DNA of 64,000 nt from Chiloscyllium plagiosum. Its lineage: Eukaryota. This document shows positions 52,272 to 64,000 of this stretch, piece after piece; the first letter of the stretch is position 1; every line of letters starts with the position of its first letter. The stretch is taken from NCBI RefSeq assembly GCF_004010195.1, contig NC_057717.1, forward strand, positions 105,003,904-105,067,903, read 5' to 3'. The notes below the pieces were generated by a model. It searched no databases. It was not told where the DNA came from and worked only from the letters and a program-made list of their open reading frames with translations. The position numbers and the translations under genes were made by a program.

Positions 52272-54985
52272 AAATCTAATCTAATCTAATACAGTGCAGA
52301 ACCAATCCTTTGGCCCTCGAAGTTGCGCCAACCTGTGAACTAATCTAATCTCATTCCCCAACACTATCCCATCATCATCCATGTGCTTATCCAAGGATTG
52401 TTTAAATCTCCCTAATGTGGCTGAGTTAACTACATTGGCAGGCAGGGCATTCCACGCCCTTACCACTCTCTGAGTAAAGAACCTGCCTCTGACATCTGTC
52501 TTAAATCTATCACCCCTCAATTTGTAGTTATGCCCCTTTGTACAAGCTGACACCATCATCCTAGGAAAAAAACTTTCACTGTCTACACTATCTAATCCTC
52601 TGATCATCTTATATGTCTCTATCAAATCCCCTCTTAACCTTTATTTTTCTAATGAGAACAGACCCATGTCTCTCAGCCTTTCCTCATAAGACCTTCCCTC
52701 TAGACCAGGCAACATCCTGGTAAATCTCCTCTGCACCTTTTCCAATGCTACCACATCCTTCCTATAATGGGGTGACCAGAACTGTACACAATATTCCAAG
52801 TGTGGCCGCACTAGCATTTTGTATAGTTGCAGGATGACATTACGGATCCGGAACTCAATCCCTCTACCAATAAAACCTAACAAACCGTATGCCTTCTTAA
52901 CAGCACTGGAAATGTGTTGCTGGAAAAGCGCAGCAGGTCAGGCAGCATCCAGGGAACAGGAGAATCGACGTTTCGGGCATAAGCCCTTCTTCAGGAATCC
53001 ATGTGCCCTTCCTGAAGAAGGGCTTATGCCCGAAACGTCGATTCTCCTGTTCCCTGGATGCTGCCTGACCTGCTGCACTTTTCCAGCAACACATTTCCAG
53101 CTCTGATCTCCAGCATCTGCAGACCTCACTTTCTCCTCCTTCTTAACAGCACTGTCAACCTGGGTGGCAACTTTCAGGGATCTATGTACATGGACTCCAA
53201 GATCTGCACATTCACACTACCAAGAATATTTCCATTGACCCAGTATTCTGCCTTCCTGTTATTCTTCCCAAAGTGCATCATCTCACATTTATCTGCATTG
53301 AACTCCATTTGCCACCTCTCAGCCTAATTCTGCAGTTATCCAAGTCCCCCTGCAACCTGCAACATTCTTCCACATTGTCCACTACTCCACTGACTTTAAT
53401 GTCATCTGCAAACTTATTAATCCATCCACCTATGCCTGCATCTAAGTAACATATAAAAATGACAAACAGCAGTACTCCCAAAACAGATCCTTGTGGCACG
53501 CCACGAGTAATCAGACTCCAGGCTGAATATTTTTCATCAACTACCACTCGCTGCCTTCTTACAGAAAGCCAGTTTCTAATCCAAACTGCTAAATCACCCT
53601 CAATCCCAAGCCTCTGCATTTTCTCCAACAGCCTACCATGTGAAACATTATCAACGACTTTACTGAAGTCCATGTACACCTTGTCAACTGCCCCACCCTC
53701 ATCCACGTGCTTGGTCACCTTCTCAAAAAACTCAATGAGGTTTGTGAGACACAACCTGCCCTTAACAAAACCATGTTGACTATCTGAAATCAAATTGTTG
53801 CTTGCTAGATGATTATAAACCTTATCTCTTATAATCCTTTCTAAAACTTTTCCTATAATAGACGTAAGGCTCACTGGTCTATAAGTATCTGGGTCATCTA
53901 TATGACCTTCTTGAAAAAGGGCACAACATTTGCAATCCTCCAGTCCTCTGGTACTAAACCTGTAGAGAATGACAAATCAAAGATCAAAGCCAAAGGCTCT
54001 GCCATCTCCTCCCTAGCTTCCCAGAGAATCCTCGGATAAATCCCATCCGGCCCAGGAGACTTGTCTACTTTCACTCTTTCTAGAATTGATAACACCTCTT
54101 CCATACTACCCTTGATCCTTTCTAGTCTAATATCTCATTTCTCATTCCTCTCCTCTACAATATTCTCCTTTTCCTGAGTGAAAACCGATGAGAAATATTC
54201 GTTTAGCACCTCTCCGATCTCCACAGGGTCCACACACAACTTCCCACTTCTGTCTTTGACTGGCCCTACTCCTACCGTAGTCATCCTTTTATTCCTAATA
54301 TACCTATAGAAAGCTTTAGAGTTCTCCTTTATTCTACCTGCTAAAGACTGCTCATGTCCTCTCTTTGCTTTTCTTAACTCTCTCTTTAAACCCTTCCTAG
54401 CTGATCTGTAATTCTCCATCACCGCATCTGAACAATCTTGTCTCATCGTCACATAAGCCTCCTTCTCCCACTTAACAAGAGATGGAATTTCTGTCGTAAA
54501 CCACGGTTCCCTTACCTTATCATTTCCTCCCTGCTTGACAGGGATATACCTATCAAGGACACACAATACCTGTTCCTTAAACCAGCTCGATATTTCGATT
54601 GCCCCCATCCCCTGCATTTTGCTACCCCATTCTATGCATCCTAAGTATTGCCTAATCGCATTATAATTGCCCTTGCCCCATTGATAACTCTTGCCCTGTG
54701 GCATGTACTTATCCCTTTCCATCGCTAAACTAAGCCTAACTGAATTTTGGTCACTCTCTCCAAAGTGCTCACCTACCACTAAAATCAAACAACTGGCCTG
54801 GTTCATTACCAAGCACCAGATCCAGTATAGCCTCCCGTCTTGTTGGCTCTTTGACATACTGTGTCAGGAAACCCTTCTGAACACATTGGACAAAAACTGA
54901 TCCATCTGATGTACTAGAGTTATGGCATTTTCAGTCAATATTGGGGAAGATAAAGTCCCCGTAATGACCACCCTGTTCCTTTCAC
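52272..54985 (-). mobile_element. CR1 LINE ORF2 (APE C-terminus, RT, 3' UTR), pseudogenised
   Basis: ORFs 54135-54857, 53898-54104 'KSPGPDGIYPRIL', 53278-53874 'GVPQGSVLG...KFADD', 52281-52883; (ttaga)n tail. Confidence 0.95.
52909..53137. mobile_element. Penelope-derived fold-back insertion D with complete hammerhead cores on both strands
   Basis: 17-bp TSD ccttcttaacagcactg (52892-52908 / 53138-53154); arms 52906-52997 and 53009-53100; 11-nt spacer. Confidence 0.95.
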
Positions 54986-55369
54986 TCCTACCTTCATTTA
55001 TATTTCTTCCTAACCAGAGAAGTCATTCCTTTTCACAGTGGAGCACTTCATCTTTCAGTGACACCAAGGACATATAGCATTGTATCAGAGCTCTGGATAG
55101 GCCTCAAGCTGCCGCTGCTTTGCTGACAAACTGAAAAATAAATCTATAATTCCTCCAAGAACACAGACATCAGCAACTTCCACAATAAAAGCTGCCAGAT
55201 TACACATTCAGGGCTTAACATTTTGCATACTTCTTTCAGAGATCTCTGAAATAATGTTTGATAGATTGCAGTGTCTGTGACATTCTCCTGTTCAGTATAT
55301 AACTCAACTAATCAAAACTGATTGAGTTCATCAGAACAAAAAAGAAAACCTAACAATCAGTGATACAAT

Positions 55370-55675
55370 ACCTTTCCTATCCATGTATTATATAATGATC
55401 TGTCTAAATGTCTTTTAAATGTTGTAACTATACTTGCATTTACCACTTCCTCTGGCAATTCATTCCAAATATGCACCTCTGTATGAAATTGTTGCTCTTC
55501 AGGTTCCTTTTAAATCTTCCCCCTCTCACCTTAAACCTATGCTCTCAGTTCTGAACTCCCCTACACCAGGGAAAAAGCCTTTGCTATTCACCTTATCTAT
55601 GTCCCTTGTGATTTTATAAACTTCCATAAGGTCGCCCCCCAGCCTCATATGCTCCAGGGAAAAATCTCCTAGCTC
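55370..55675 (-). mobile_element. HER1-like CR1 fragment (paralogous to 45745-46055)
   Basis: 'GDLMEVYKITRDIDKVNSKGFFP'. Confidence 0.85.
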
Positions 55676-57229
55676 ATTGATCCTTTTGTTCTTTAATAAA
55701 ATAATTCTGAACCTGTTATTTATTGTTGAAAATGAATTGGCACAGTGACAAACTGGCTTTGTTAATAAAAATGGCAGGCTGACCAGCTGACAAGACTTCC
55801 TGATTGAGTTAAACAAGTGTAATCCAGCTACCAACATGTGGAGAGAACTTCTATGAATGACCAGTATTGCACAGTGCAGTTTCCGAGCCTTTATGCCTCT
55901 ATTTAATAGGTAGCTCAATTACATTGAGCTTACTAACAACATAATGAATGATAAAGTTTCTGAAATGAGAGACTTGTGCCAAATATTTTCTTCTGACACT
56001 CCTCAGGACAAGTGCATGAATGTCAAATTTCAAATGATCACAATAATTTATTCAGCAGGACAGAACAGTGCTGAATGGTTGACAAGTTAGCCCTGCTTGG
56101 AAACTACACTGCCCTGGATAAAGCATGAAGAGCTAGAAATTCTCGAGGAGAAAGTCCCGAGCTAGAAATTCCCCATTCTCCTTAATAATTCAAGGTGTGA
56201 ACTTTTCTGAAGTTTAAGAAGAACAGATCCTAAAGTATAAATGCATATTGCTTCCTCAACTCTAACTGAGCTATGTTACAAGCTTGACTGATCTCTGAAA
56301 TAGTTTTTAGGGTATTTGAATACTAAGTTGTTCTCCTAGTGCCCAGACCAATATTCCATCTTCACTTAAGAACATCAAAATTTCTAATACGACATTCACC
56401 TTATTGCTTCTGGGTTCTTATTATGAATAAAGAGCAGCAGTTTCACTACATAAGTTATTGCAATCAAATGTTATTCATTCTTCATCTCTCGATTTGAGGC
56501 ATTTAAGAATGCGATTGGACATTTGATAAATTAAAGCTCCTGTGAATGCACACATTAAACAGGTCCATTCAGGCATTTTCCAGGTTCCTAATAATTTCTC
56601 CATCTGTCATCAAAGAGAAGCATCCTGCCGAAAGGCAACAAATCAGCTTACTAAAATACAATTTTAAGAATCTGTATGTCAGATGTTTATTGCACATTTT
56701 AGACACAGGTTGGAACCTTGTTTGTGGTTTCTTATTCTGGTCCTAACTGACTGTTGTGATGGTGCAAACATTCAAACAGTTCTCACTGAGGGTCATAAAA
56801 CACTACCAAAAACTACCCTAAAAATGTCTTCCCTTCAGTTTTCCAAAACTAGCATATTTTACTTATAAAACAAGCTCATAAGAGGTGAATGAGTACATAG
56901 GAAGTGTACAAATCTTTCATTTTGTCAAAGCATTTAGTTTATCTTTATATTTGTTAAAGACTTTTACTTTAATTTTATGGTCATTTAATATGCCATGAGC
57001 CATGTTTAAAAATCAACAATTCCATAGCATTCCCAACAATCACGCAGGTAGGGAGGAATGGTCTGCGTTGTCTTTTTTGCTATTCATCTGAATGAATTGC
57101 TAAGTCCTTGCCACACTTCAATTTCCAAGAGATGTCAACTAATCAAGTGAGTTGGGCATCTTGCACAATATTGAGATATGTCTGTACGTGCAATTTCCTA
57201 CTCCAACTACTACCACTCAACACTAGTAA

Positions 57230-57512
57230 TTAGAGTCATGGAATTTTTAAGCATGAAGAAAGACTCTTCAGCTCATCGTATCATGTTGGTCATCAAGCAT
57301 CTATCTGTTCTAATCCATTTACCAGCACCTGACATTTAGCCTTGTGTGCATTGTCAAGTGCTCATCCAACTACTTCTCAGATGTCAAGAGATTCTGCCTC
57401 TACCATTCTTTTTGGAGTGTGTTCCAGACAACCCATCACCATCTGAGTAAAAAAAAAAGTTTCCTTATATCCCCTTAAATCTCCTGCACCTTACTTAAAA
57501 CTGTGCTCCCTG
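57230..57512 (-). mobile_element. CR1 3' end
   Basis: tagagtcatgg...ctgcctctaccatt...ccccttaaatctcctg. Confidence 0.7.
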
Positions 57513-57514
57513 GG

Positions 57515-58083
57515 TGTTGAAGAAAACTCTCGAGTCTCGGACCTTGTGAACTGATTAGTTTATTACACAATATATCATGGGGAATTCACCGTCCTAACGG
57601 TAAAAGCTCGGTGTTATTCCGAAGTACATCAGGATACTACAGGATTATATAGAGAAAACAGATAGGAACTGATCGTTAATTACACAGTTTGGTATGCCTA
57701 CAAGTTGGTACTAAATTAGAGATTAGTCATTAAGTTCAAAACTAAAGCACTATTATGCATTCCACAAGTGGACAGACAAATAGTATCACCATCCGTTCTA
57801 GTTACACAGATTGCTAACACTAAGCAGAGCTATCCCTAATTAGCTGAATGATCGTGAAGTGGCAATAACTTGTGAAGGAAGTGGGACTAATTGGCTTGCG
57901 CTGATCATTCAGCAAAGGGAGGAAACACTATCTTGACACCTTAGGAAGGTAAGGCCTACCTTTTACATTACCTCATAGTAAGGAATGCGCAGCCAGCAAA
58001 GTTCTGGCTGGGGACACAAAATGGTTTCTCAGCCAGATTAGGAAAATGGCTTCCAGACAAATAATGTTAACTTTTCCCCAACA
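57515..58083 (-). mobile_element. Probable solo LTR
   Basis: Termini tgttg...caaca; minus-strand aataaa ~57560 and tata-like ~57645; truncates the CR1; TSD not convincing. Confidence 0.5.
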
Positions 58084-60038
58084 TTGGAGGAGGTCTTGTC
58101 AGAAACCAAAACTGTGGTACTATACACCAATCAAGAGGATGGGTCAGAAGAGGTGAAAAGAGAAAAAAAGGGGAGGGAATATAGAAAAACGAGATACATT
58201 TTTGTTTTTGTGTGTATCCGAGCCTAAGCTATTGCCTACAGCAAAACCTTCCATTGCCAAACAGTGTACAAACTCACCAAGATTTCTTACTAACGCTAGC
58301 GTGATAATAGTTTAGTCAGCAGGAAGGTCATCAAAATGGAAATAGTTTTCATTGCCAATTAATCTATAAGCACAGCAATTTCTGACAATACAAAAGCAAA
58401 ACAGATGGTCATTTAATCAAGGTGACTGCAAGGACAATGTTCTCTGTGATTGCTGTTCTCTTCTTAGTCCCTAATTTTAAGTTCACAACCATCTTTCTTT
58501 GCACTGAAATATTAAGAAGCTGCAACCAGTGATTTAAAAAAATTTCAACTGTTTCTCCCATTAGGTTCCTGCCAAATAGGACATTGCTGAATTCCCTGTG
58601 TCCTGTGTCTTTCAGCCTGGCAAGGTCAATGATAAAGCTGTTCACAGGGGAGGATGGGTAACATCTTTATATATCACTCACACTGCTTTCACTATTGGGC
58701 TGCAAGAACAGAAACAAGTACTCAACAGGACTGAAGTTATTTTCTCTTGTTACCTAACCTTTACCCTTCACACTACATCAATAATTTTAATGGAATCTCT
58801 GAAAATGAAAGAACAAATATTGCATACCAAGGCCATGCCATTATTATGAATCTGAGGACAGTATGTTAAACATCAGTCTACCACAGTCATTAGCACAGGC
58901 TTACAGGAGCTGCTGTCTCAAGAGACAGAAAAGCAGCATGCCCGCTATCACTATTAGAACAAGAAGCTAGTAGGTAAGATCTGAAGATATACAGCCCTGT
59001 AGTGTTGGAAAATTCTGCACAGTGTGAATGTTCTGATTCCCACAAAGCAGGTTAGCACACACTGTGATGAATCATGATTTATAATCGGAGATTTATGTAC
59101 AAGTGTCCTTGCTTCAGCTTCAATGCTTTTGGTTTTCTTTTTGCTTTTGATGCATTTTCATATCTACTAGTAGTGCTACCATTGCATACACGAAGTGTTA
59201 TCAACTCTAAGACTATCGGACATTGATAGTCTCCTCAGACGTTCATGCCATTGATCACATAACATGACTTCCCGCATAGTGCCTTAATTTTTAATGGTCA
59301 ATTGCAAAGCTACCAGACTCTTCAGTTCTGATTGGATAATTCTTGAATGTTGCACCAAAAGGCATTTCTCTTAATAGAATGGACTGATCTCATTCATAAA
59401 GTCAGAAAGTATGGGATACAGAGAGATTTGGATATCTGGATTCAGACTTGGTTGGCTGACAGAAGGCAGAGAGTGGTTGCAGATGGAAAGTATTCTGCCT
59501 GGAGGTCAGTGGGGTCCCACAGGTCACTGCTCTTTGTAGTTTTTATAAATAACTTGCATGAGGAGATTGAGAGGTGGATTAAGTAAATTCGACACAAAGG
59601 TTGGAGGTGCCGTCGATAGTCTTGAGAGCTATTGCAGGCTGCAGCACGACATAGACAGGATGCAGAGCTGGGCTGAGAAATAGCAGATGGAGTTCAACCT
59701 GGATAAATGTGAAGTGATGCATTTTGGAAAGTCGAACTCGAATGCTGAATATAGGATTAAAGACAGGATTCTTAGCAGTGTGGAGGAACAGAGGGATCTT
59801 GGTGTACAAATACATAGATCCCTTAAAGTTGCCACCCAAGTAGATAGGGTTGTTAAGAAAGCATATGGTGTTTTGGCTTTCATTAACAGGGGGATCGAGT
59901 TTAAGAGCGAGGTTTTGCTACAGCTCTACAAGTCCCTCGTGAGGCACACTTGGAATATTGTGTCCAGTTCTGGTCGCATTACTATAGGAAAGATACAGAG
60001 GCTTTGGAGAGGGTGCAAAGAAGGTTTACCAGGATGCT

Positions 60039-60461
60039 AGGCAAAAGTGAGGACTGCAGATGCTGGAAACCAGAGTTTAGATTAGAGTGGTGCTGGAAAA
60101 GCACAGCAGGTCAGGCAGCATCTGAGGAGCAGGAAAATCGACGTTTTAGGCAAAAGCCCTTCATCAGGAATGGAGGCAGGGAGCCTCCAGGGTGGAGAGA
60201 TAAATGAGGGGCGGTGGGGAGAAGGTAGAAAAGAGTACAATGGGTGAATGTGGGTGGGGATGAAGGTGATAGGTCACAGAGGAGGGTGGAATGGATAGGT
60301 GGGAAGGGAGATTAGCAGTTAGGACAGGTCATGAGGATGGTGCTGAGCTGGAAGGTTGGAACTGGGGTAAGGTGGGGGTAGGGGAAATGAGGAAACTGGT
60401 GAAGTCCACATTGTTGCCCTGGGGTTGAAGTGTTCCGAGGCGGAAGATGAGGCATTTTATC
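60039..60461 (-). mobile_element. Penelope 3' fragment with pLTR; hammerhead mutated
   Basis: TSD tttaccaggatgct / tttactaggatgct (60025-60038 / 60462-60475); minus cctgatgaagggcttttgcctaaaacgtc. Confidence 0.88.
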
Positions 60462-60624
60462 TTTACTAGGATGCTGCCTGGACTGGCCTTATGAAGAAAG
60501 GTTGAATAAGCTCAGACTTTTCTCTTTGGAGAGAAGGAGGAAGAGAGGCGACCTGATCGAGGTATACAAGATAATGAGAGGAATGGATAGAGTCAATAGC
60601 CAGAGACCTTTCCCCAAGGCAGGA

Positions 60625-60696
60625 TTGACTGGTACGAGGGGTCATAGTTTTAAGATATTATTGACTGGTACGAGGGGTCATAGTTTTAAGATATTA
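60625..60696. repeat. Perfect 36-bp tandem duplication within CR1
   Basis: ttgactggtacgaggggtcatagttttaagatatta x2. Confidence 0.95.
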
Positions 60697-61589
60697 GGAG
60701 AAAGGTATAGAGGGGACGTCAGAGCAAGGTTCTTTATGCAGAGAGTTGTGAATGCATGGAATGTGTTGCCAGCGGTGGTGCTGGAAGCAGAGTCATTAGG
60801 GACATTTAAGCGACTGCTGGACATGCACATGGATAGCAGTGAATTGAGGGGTGCGTAGGTTAAGTTATTTTATTTTACATTAAGATTAACCCTCAGCACA
60901 ACATCATGGGCCAAAGGGCCTGTTCTGTGCTGTACTTTCCTATGTTCTATGTTCTATCCTTAATAATCATTAACCTAATTAAACTTATGATACCTGCAAT
61001 AGAGTTTGACAGCATTCATTTCCTAGGTAGCACAATATTTGAACTGGCATAAGAGAATAGCATAAATTAGCACAGTTTTGTTCACAAAATAGCTGATATA
61101 TACTTCTTCACATTGTTTTTATACACATTAAAATGAAACACCTTCACTAAAGTCACTATCATCAAGATTCAAGGATCCATGAGTTCTGCTAATACCTGTA
61201 GTCAAGGAGTTAGTTGCTTATGAGACAGTAACAATGCCGTTACCCAAATTATATCCTCCAGAAACTAGTGGGGCCACAGCTAAAACGTTACCATCACTTG
61301 TCCACAAAATCAGAATATTTACTACAAATTTTAACTGCATCTCAGATCTCAATCTCAAATTGATTTAACTATTGGTACAGTGTTTATTTGAATATTTTTA
61401 CAGTTTTCAAAATGCTGAAGTGTTCAAAGAAAATTTTAAAAAGACAATTTTTACAATATTTCTTCTCTTGGGTGCACATATCACAGTCCCAAAGATTAGT
61501 CAGGAATTCCTCAATACCCCTCTAATCCCTCGTTATTCTGTAGGCTTGGCAACCCTAAATACTACAGGGCATATTTAATTTTCAGGCTC

Positions 61590-64000
61590 GGGAGGTGATG
61601 GTGCAATGATCATGTCACTGGGCTAGTAATCCAGACTCCTAAATAATATTCTGGGGAGCAGAATTTGAATATAGCAGTGCATATGATAGAATCTGAATCC
61701 AAATAAATCTGGAATTAAAAGCCTACTGATGACTATGATATCATTGCTGATTGTCATTGAAAGAAAATTTGGTTCACTCATGTCCTTTAGGGAAGGAAAA
61801 CTTTTGTCCTTACCTGGTCTGGCCTACATATGACTCTAGACCCACAGCAAAGAGATTAACTCTTAACTGCTCTCTTAAATGACCTTAGCAAGTCATTTTG
61901 TTGCAACAAACTGCTTAAAAGTCTCAAAAAAAGGAAACTGCTTAAAAAAGGAATGAAATTGGATGGACCAGCTGGCATTTATCATGACCAGAGCAAACTA
62001 TTGGTCCTGCAAATTGTTCCCTATACGAATGTCTGGGGGCTAATTCCAAAATTGGGACAGCTGTCTCACAGACTAGTCATGCAACAGCCTTACATAGTCA
62101 TATTCACAGAATCATACTTCACAGATATCCCAGACACCACTATCACCATCCCTGGACATGTTCTATCCCACTGGCAGAACAAACACAGCAGAAACAGCAA
62201 CACAGTAGTAAACAGTCAAGAGGGAGTTGTTCTAGAAGTTCTTAACATTGACTCCAGACTCATGATATCACATGGCTTCAGGTTAAACATGTTCATGGAA
62301 ATTTCCTGCTGATTATCATATACCATCCTCCCTCAGCTAATGGACTCCTCCATGTTGAACAACACTTTGAGGAAGTACCTAAGGATGCAAAATGTACAGA
62401 AAATGGGGGATTTCAATGTCTACCACTAAGAGTGGCTCATCACAGCACTACTGATCAAGTTGGCCAGGTCTTAAAGGACTTTGCTTAGTCTGCAGCAGGT
62501 GGCAATGGAACAAATAAGAGGAAAAAACAGACTTGACCTCATCATTACCAATCCATCAGCTGTAGATGCATCTGATAATGATAGGATCAGTCATAATGAC
62601 CATGGTACATGGTCCTTGTGGAGACGAAGTCCCGCCTTCACACTGACAATACCTTCTATCATGTTGTATATTATAACCATGCTAAATGGGATAGATTTTC
62701 AATAGTCAACAATTCAAGACTGGGCACACATGAGGCCAATAGCAGCAGCAGCAGCAGAATTATACTCCAATACAATCTGCAACTTCACAGCACGACATAT
62801 CTCCAACTCAACCATTACCTCCAAGCCAGGGGATCAACCCTGGTTCAATGAAGAGTGCAGGAAAGCATGCCAAGAACAGCATTAGGCATACATAGAAAAT
62901 GAGATGTCAACCTGGTGAAGTTACTAAACAGGACTACTTGCAGGCCAATGGCACTAACAGCAATTAATAGACATAGCAACGAAGTGATTCCAACCAATGG
63001 ATCATTTCTGAGCTCTGCAGTCCTGCCATATCTAGACATGAATGTTGGAGGACAATTAAACAAGTCACTGGAGGAGGCAGCTCTACAAATATCCCCATCC
63101 TCAATGATGGAAGAGCCTGATATTTCAGTACAAAACATAAGGCTGAAGCATTTGCATCAATCTTCGGCCAGAAGTGCCAAAAGGATGATCCATTTCAGCC
63201 CCTTCCAGTCGTATCCAGCAAACAGATGCCAAATGTCCAATTCAATTCACGCTACGTGCTATCAAACAATAGTTGGAGGCACTGGATTCTGCAAAAGCTA
63301 TGGATCCTGACAACATTCCAGCAATAGTACTGAAGACTTGTGCTCCAGAACTTGATGCACCTCTAGCAAAGCTGTTCCAATACAACTACAACACTGGCAG
63401 CCACCTGACAATGTGGAACATTTCCCAGGTATGTAATGTACACAAAATTTAAACTGGTTCAAAAATGGACAAAAGCACTAAATTTCAGAGGCCAGGCAAG
63501 AGTGACAGCCCTTGACATCAAGGCTGCATTCGACTAAGTGTTGCATCAAGGGGCTGAGCAAAACTGGAACCAATGGGAATCAGGGGCAAATCCACTGGTT
63601 GGAATCATGTGATTGTGATTGTTGGAGGACAGTCATCTCAGCTCCAGGATACAGCTGCAGGAGTTCCTTAGGGTAATGTCCTTGTCCCAACCACCTACTT
63701 CACCATAAGGTCAGAAGTGGTGTGTTTATTGATGATTACACAATGCTCAGTACTGTTTATGATTCACGAGATACTGAAGGAGTCCATGTTTAAATGCAAC
63801 AAAATTTGGACAACAAATAGACTTGGGCTGAAAAGTGACAAATAACATTCAAGCAACACAACTGCCAGGCAATGACCATCTCCAATAAAGTCAATCTAAG
63901 CACCGCCCCTTGACAATCAATAGAGTTCCCATCACTGAATCCCCCACTATCAACATCCTGAGGGTTACCATCGACCTGAACTGGACTCACCACATCAATA
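61590..64000 (+). mobile_element. CR1/L2-group LINE: tRNA-like 5' region then APE-RT ORF, decayed, runs off window
   Basis: ATG 61953 'MKLDGP...NVWGLIPKLGQLSHRLVMQQPYIVIFTESY' (APE); 'GDFNV'; 'RLDLIITN'; 'PDNIPAIVLKTCAPEL'; 'ALDIKAAFD'. Confidence 0.88.

Larger units (their letters stand above)
59380..60957 (+). mobile_element. CR1 LINE RT plus 3' UTR, interrupted by Penelope
   Basis: 'MEFNLDKCEVMHFGKSN', 'EYCVQFWS', 'RGDLIEVYKIMRG'; (ttctatg)n tail. Confidence 0.93.

Noticed and set aside
1..64000. CRISPR arrays, operons or prokaryotic defence systems
   Set aside because: No repeat-spacer arrays or dense coding; vertebrate repeat landscape.

Overview
Eukaryotic, repeat-dominated draft-assembly window with three N gaps. 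The repeat content (HE1-type SINEs, HER1/CR1 LINEs, DeuSINE/SacSINE1-like copies) points to a cartilaginous fish, most likely a shark; this is an inference. I found no intact host protein-coding gene: every recognisable ORF is a transposon fragment, so the window is probably a long intron or intergenic region. Contents: a decayed Gypsy LTR retrotransposon (4691-9120) with a nested solo LTR and a second fragmented copy; many CR1, Rex1/Babar, RTE and L2 LINE fragments; a Harbinger remnant; tRNA-derived SINEs; and more than ten Penelope-like (PLE) remnants whose termini carry minimal hammerhead ribozyme motifs. Most notable: (1) TSD-flanked ~150-230 bp fold-back PLE insertions whose two arms share insertion-specific variants, one of them carrying complete hammerhead cores on both strands; (2) an apparently ORF1-less LINE with a tRNA-like 5' head, alongside a SINE made of that head plus the LINE 3' tail; (3) two local duplications that preserve pre-SINE-insertion alleles. 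Family names come from motif recognition only, with no database search, and boundaries of old repeats are approximate.
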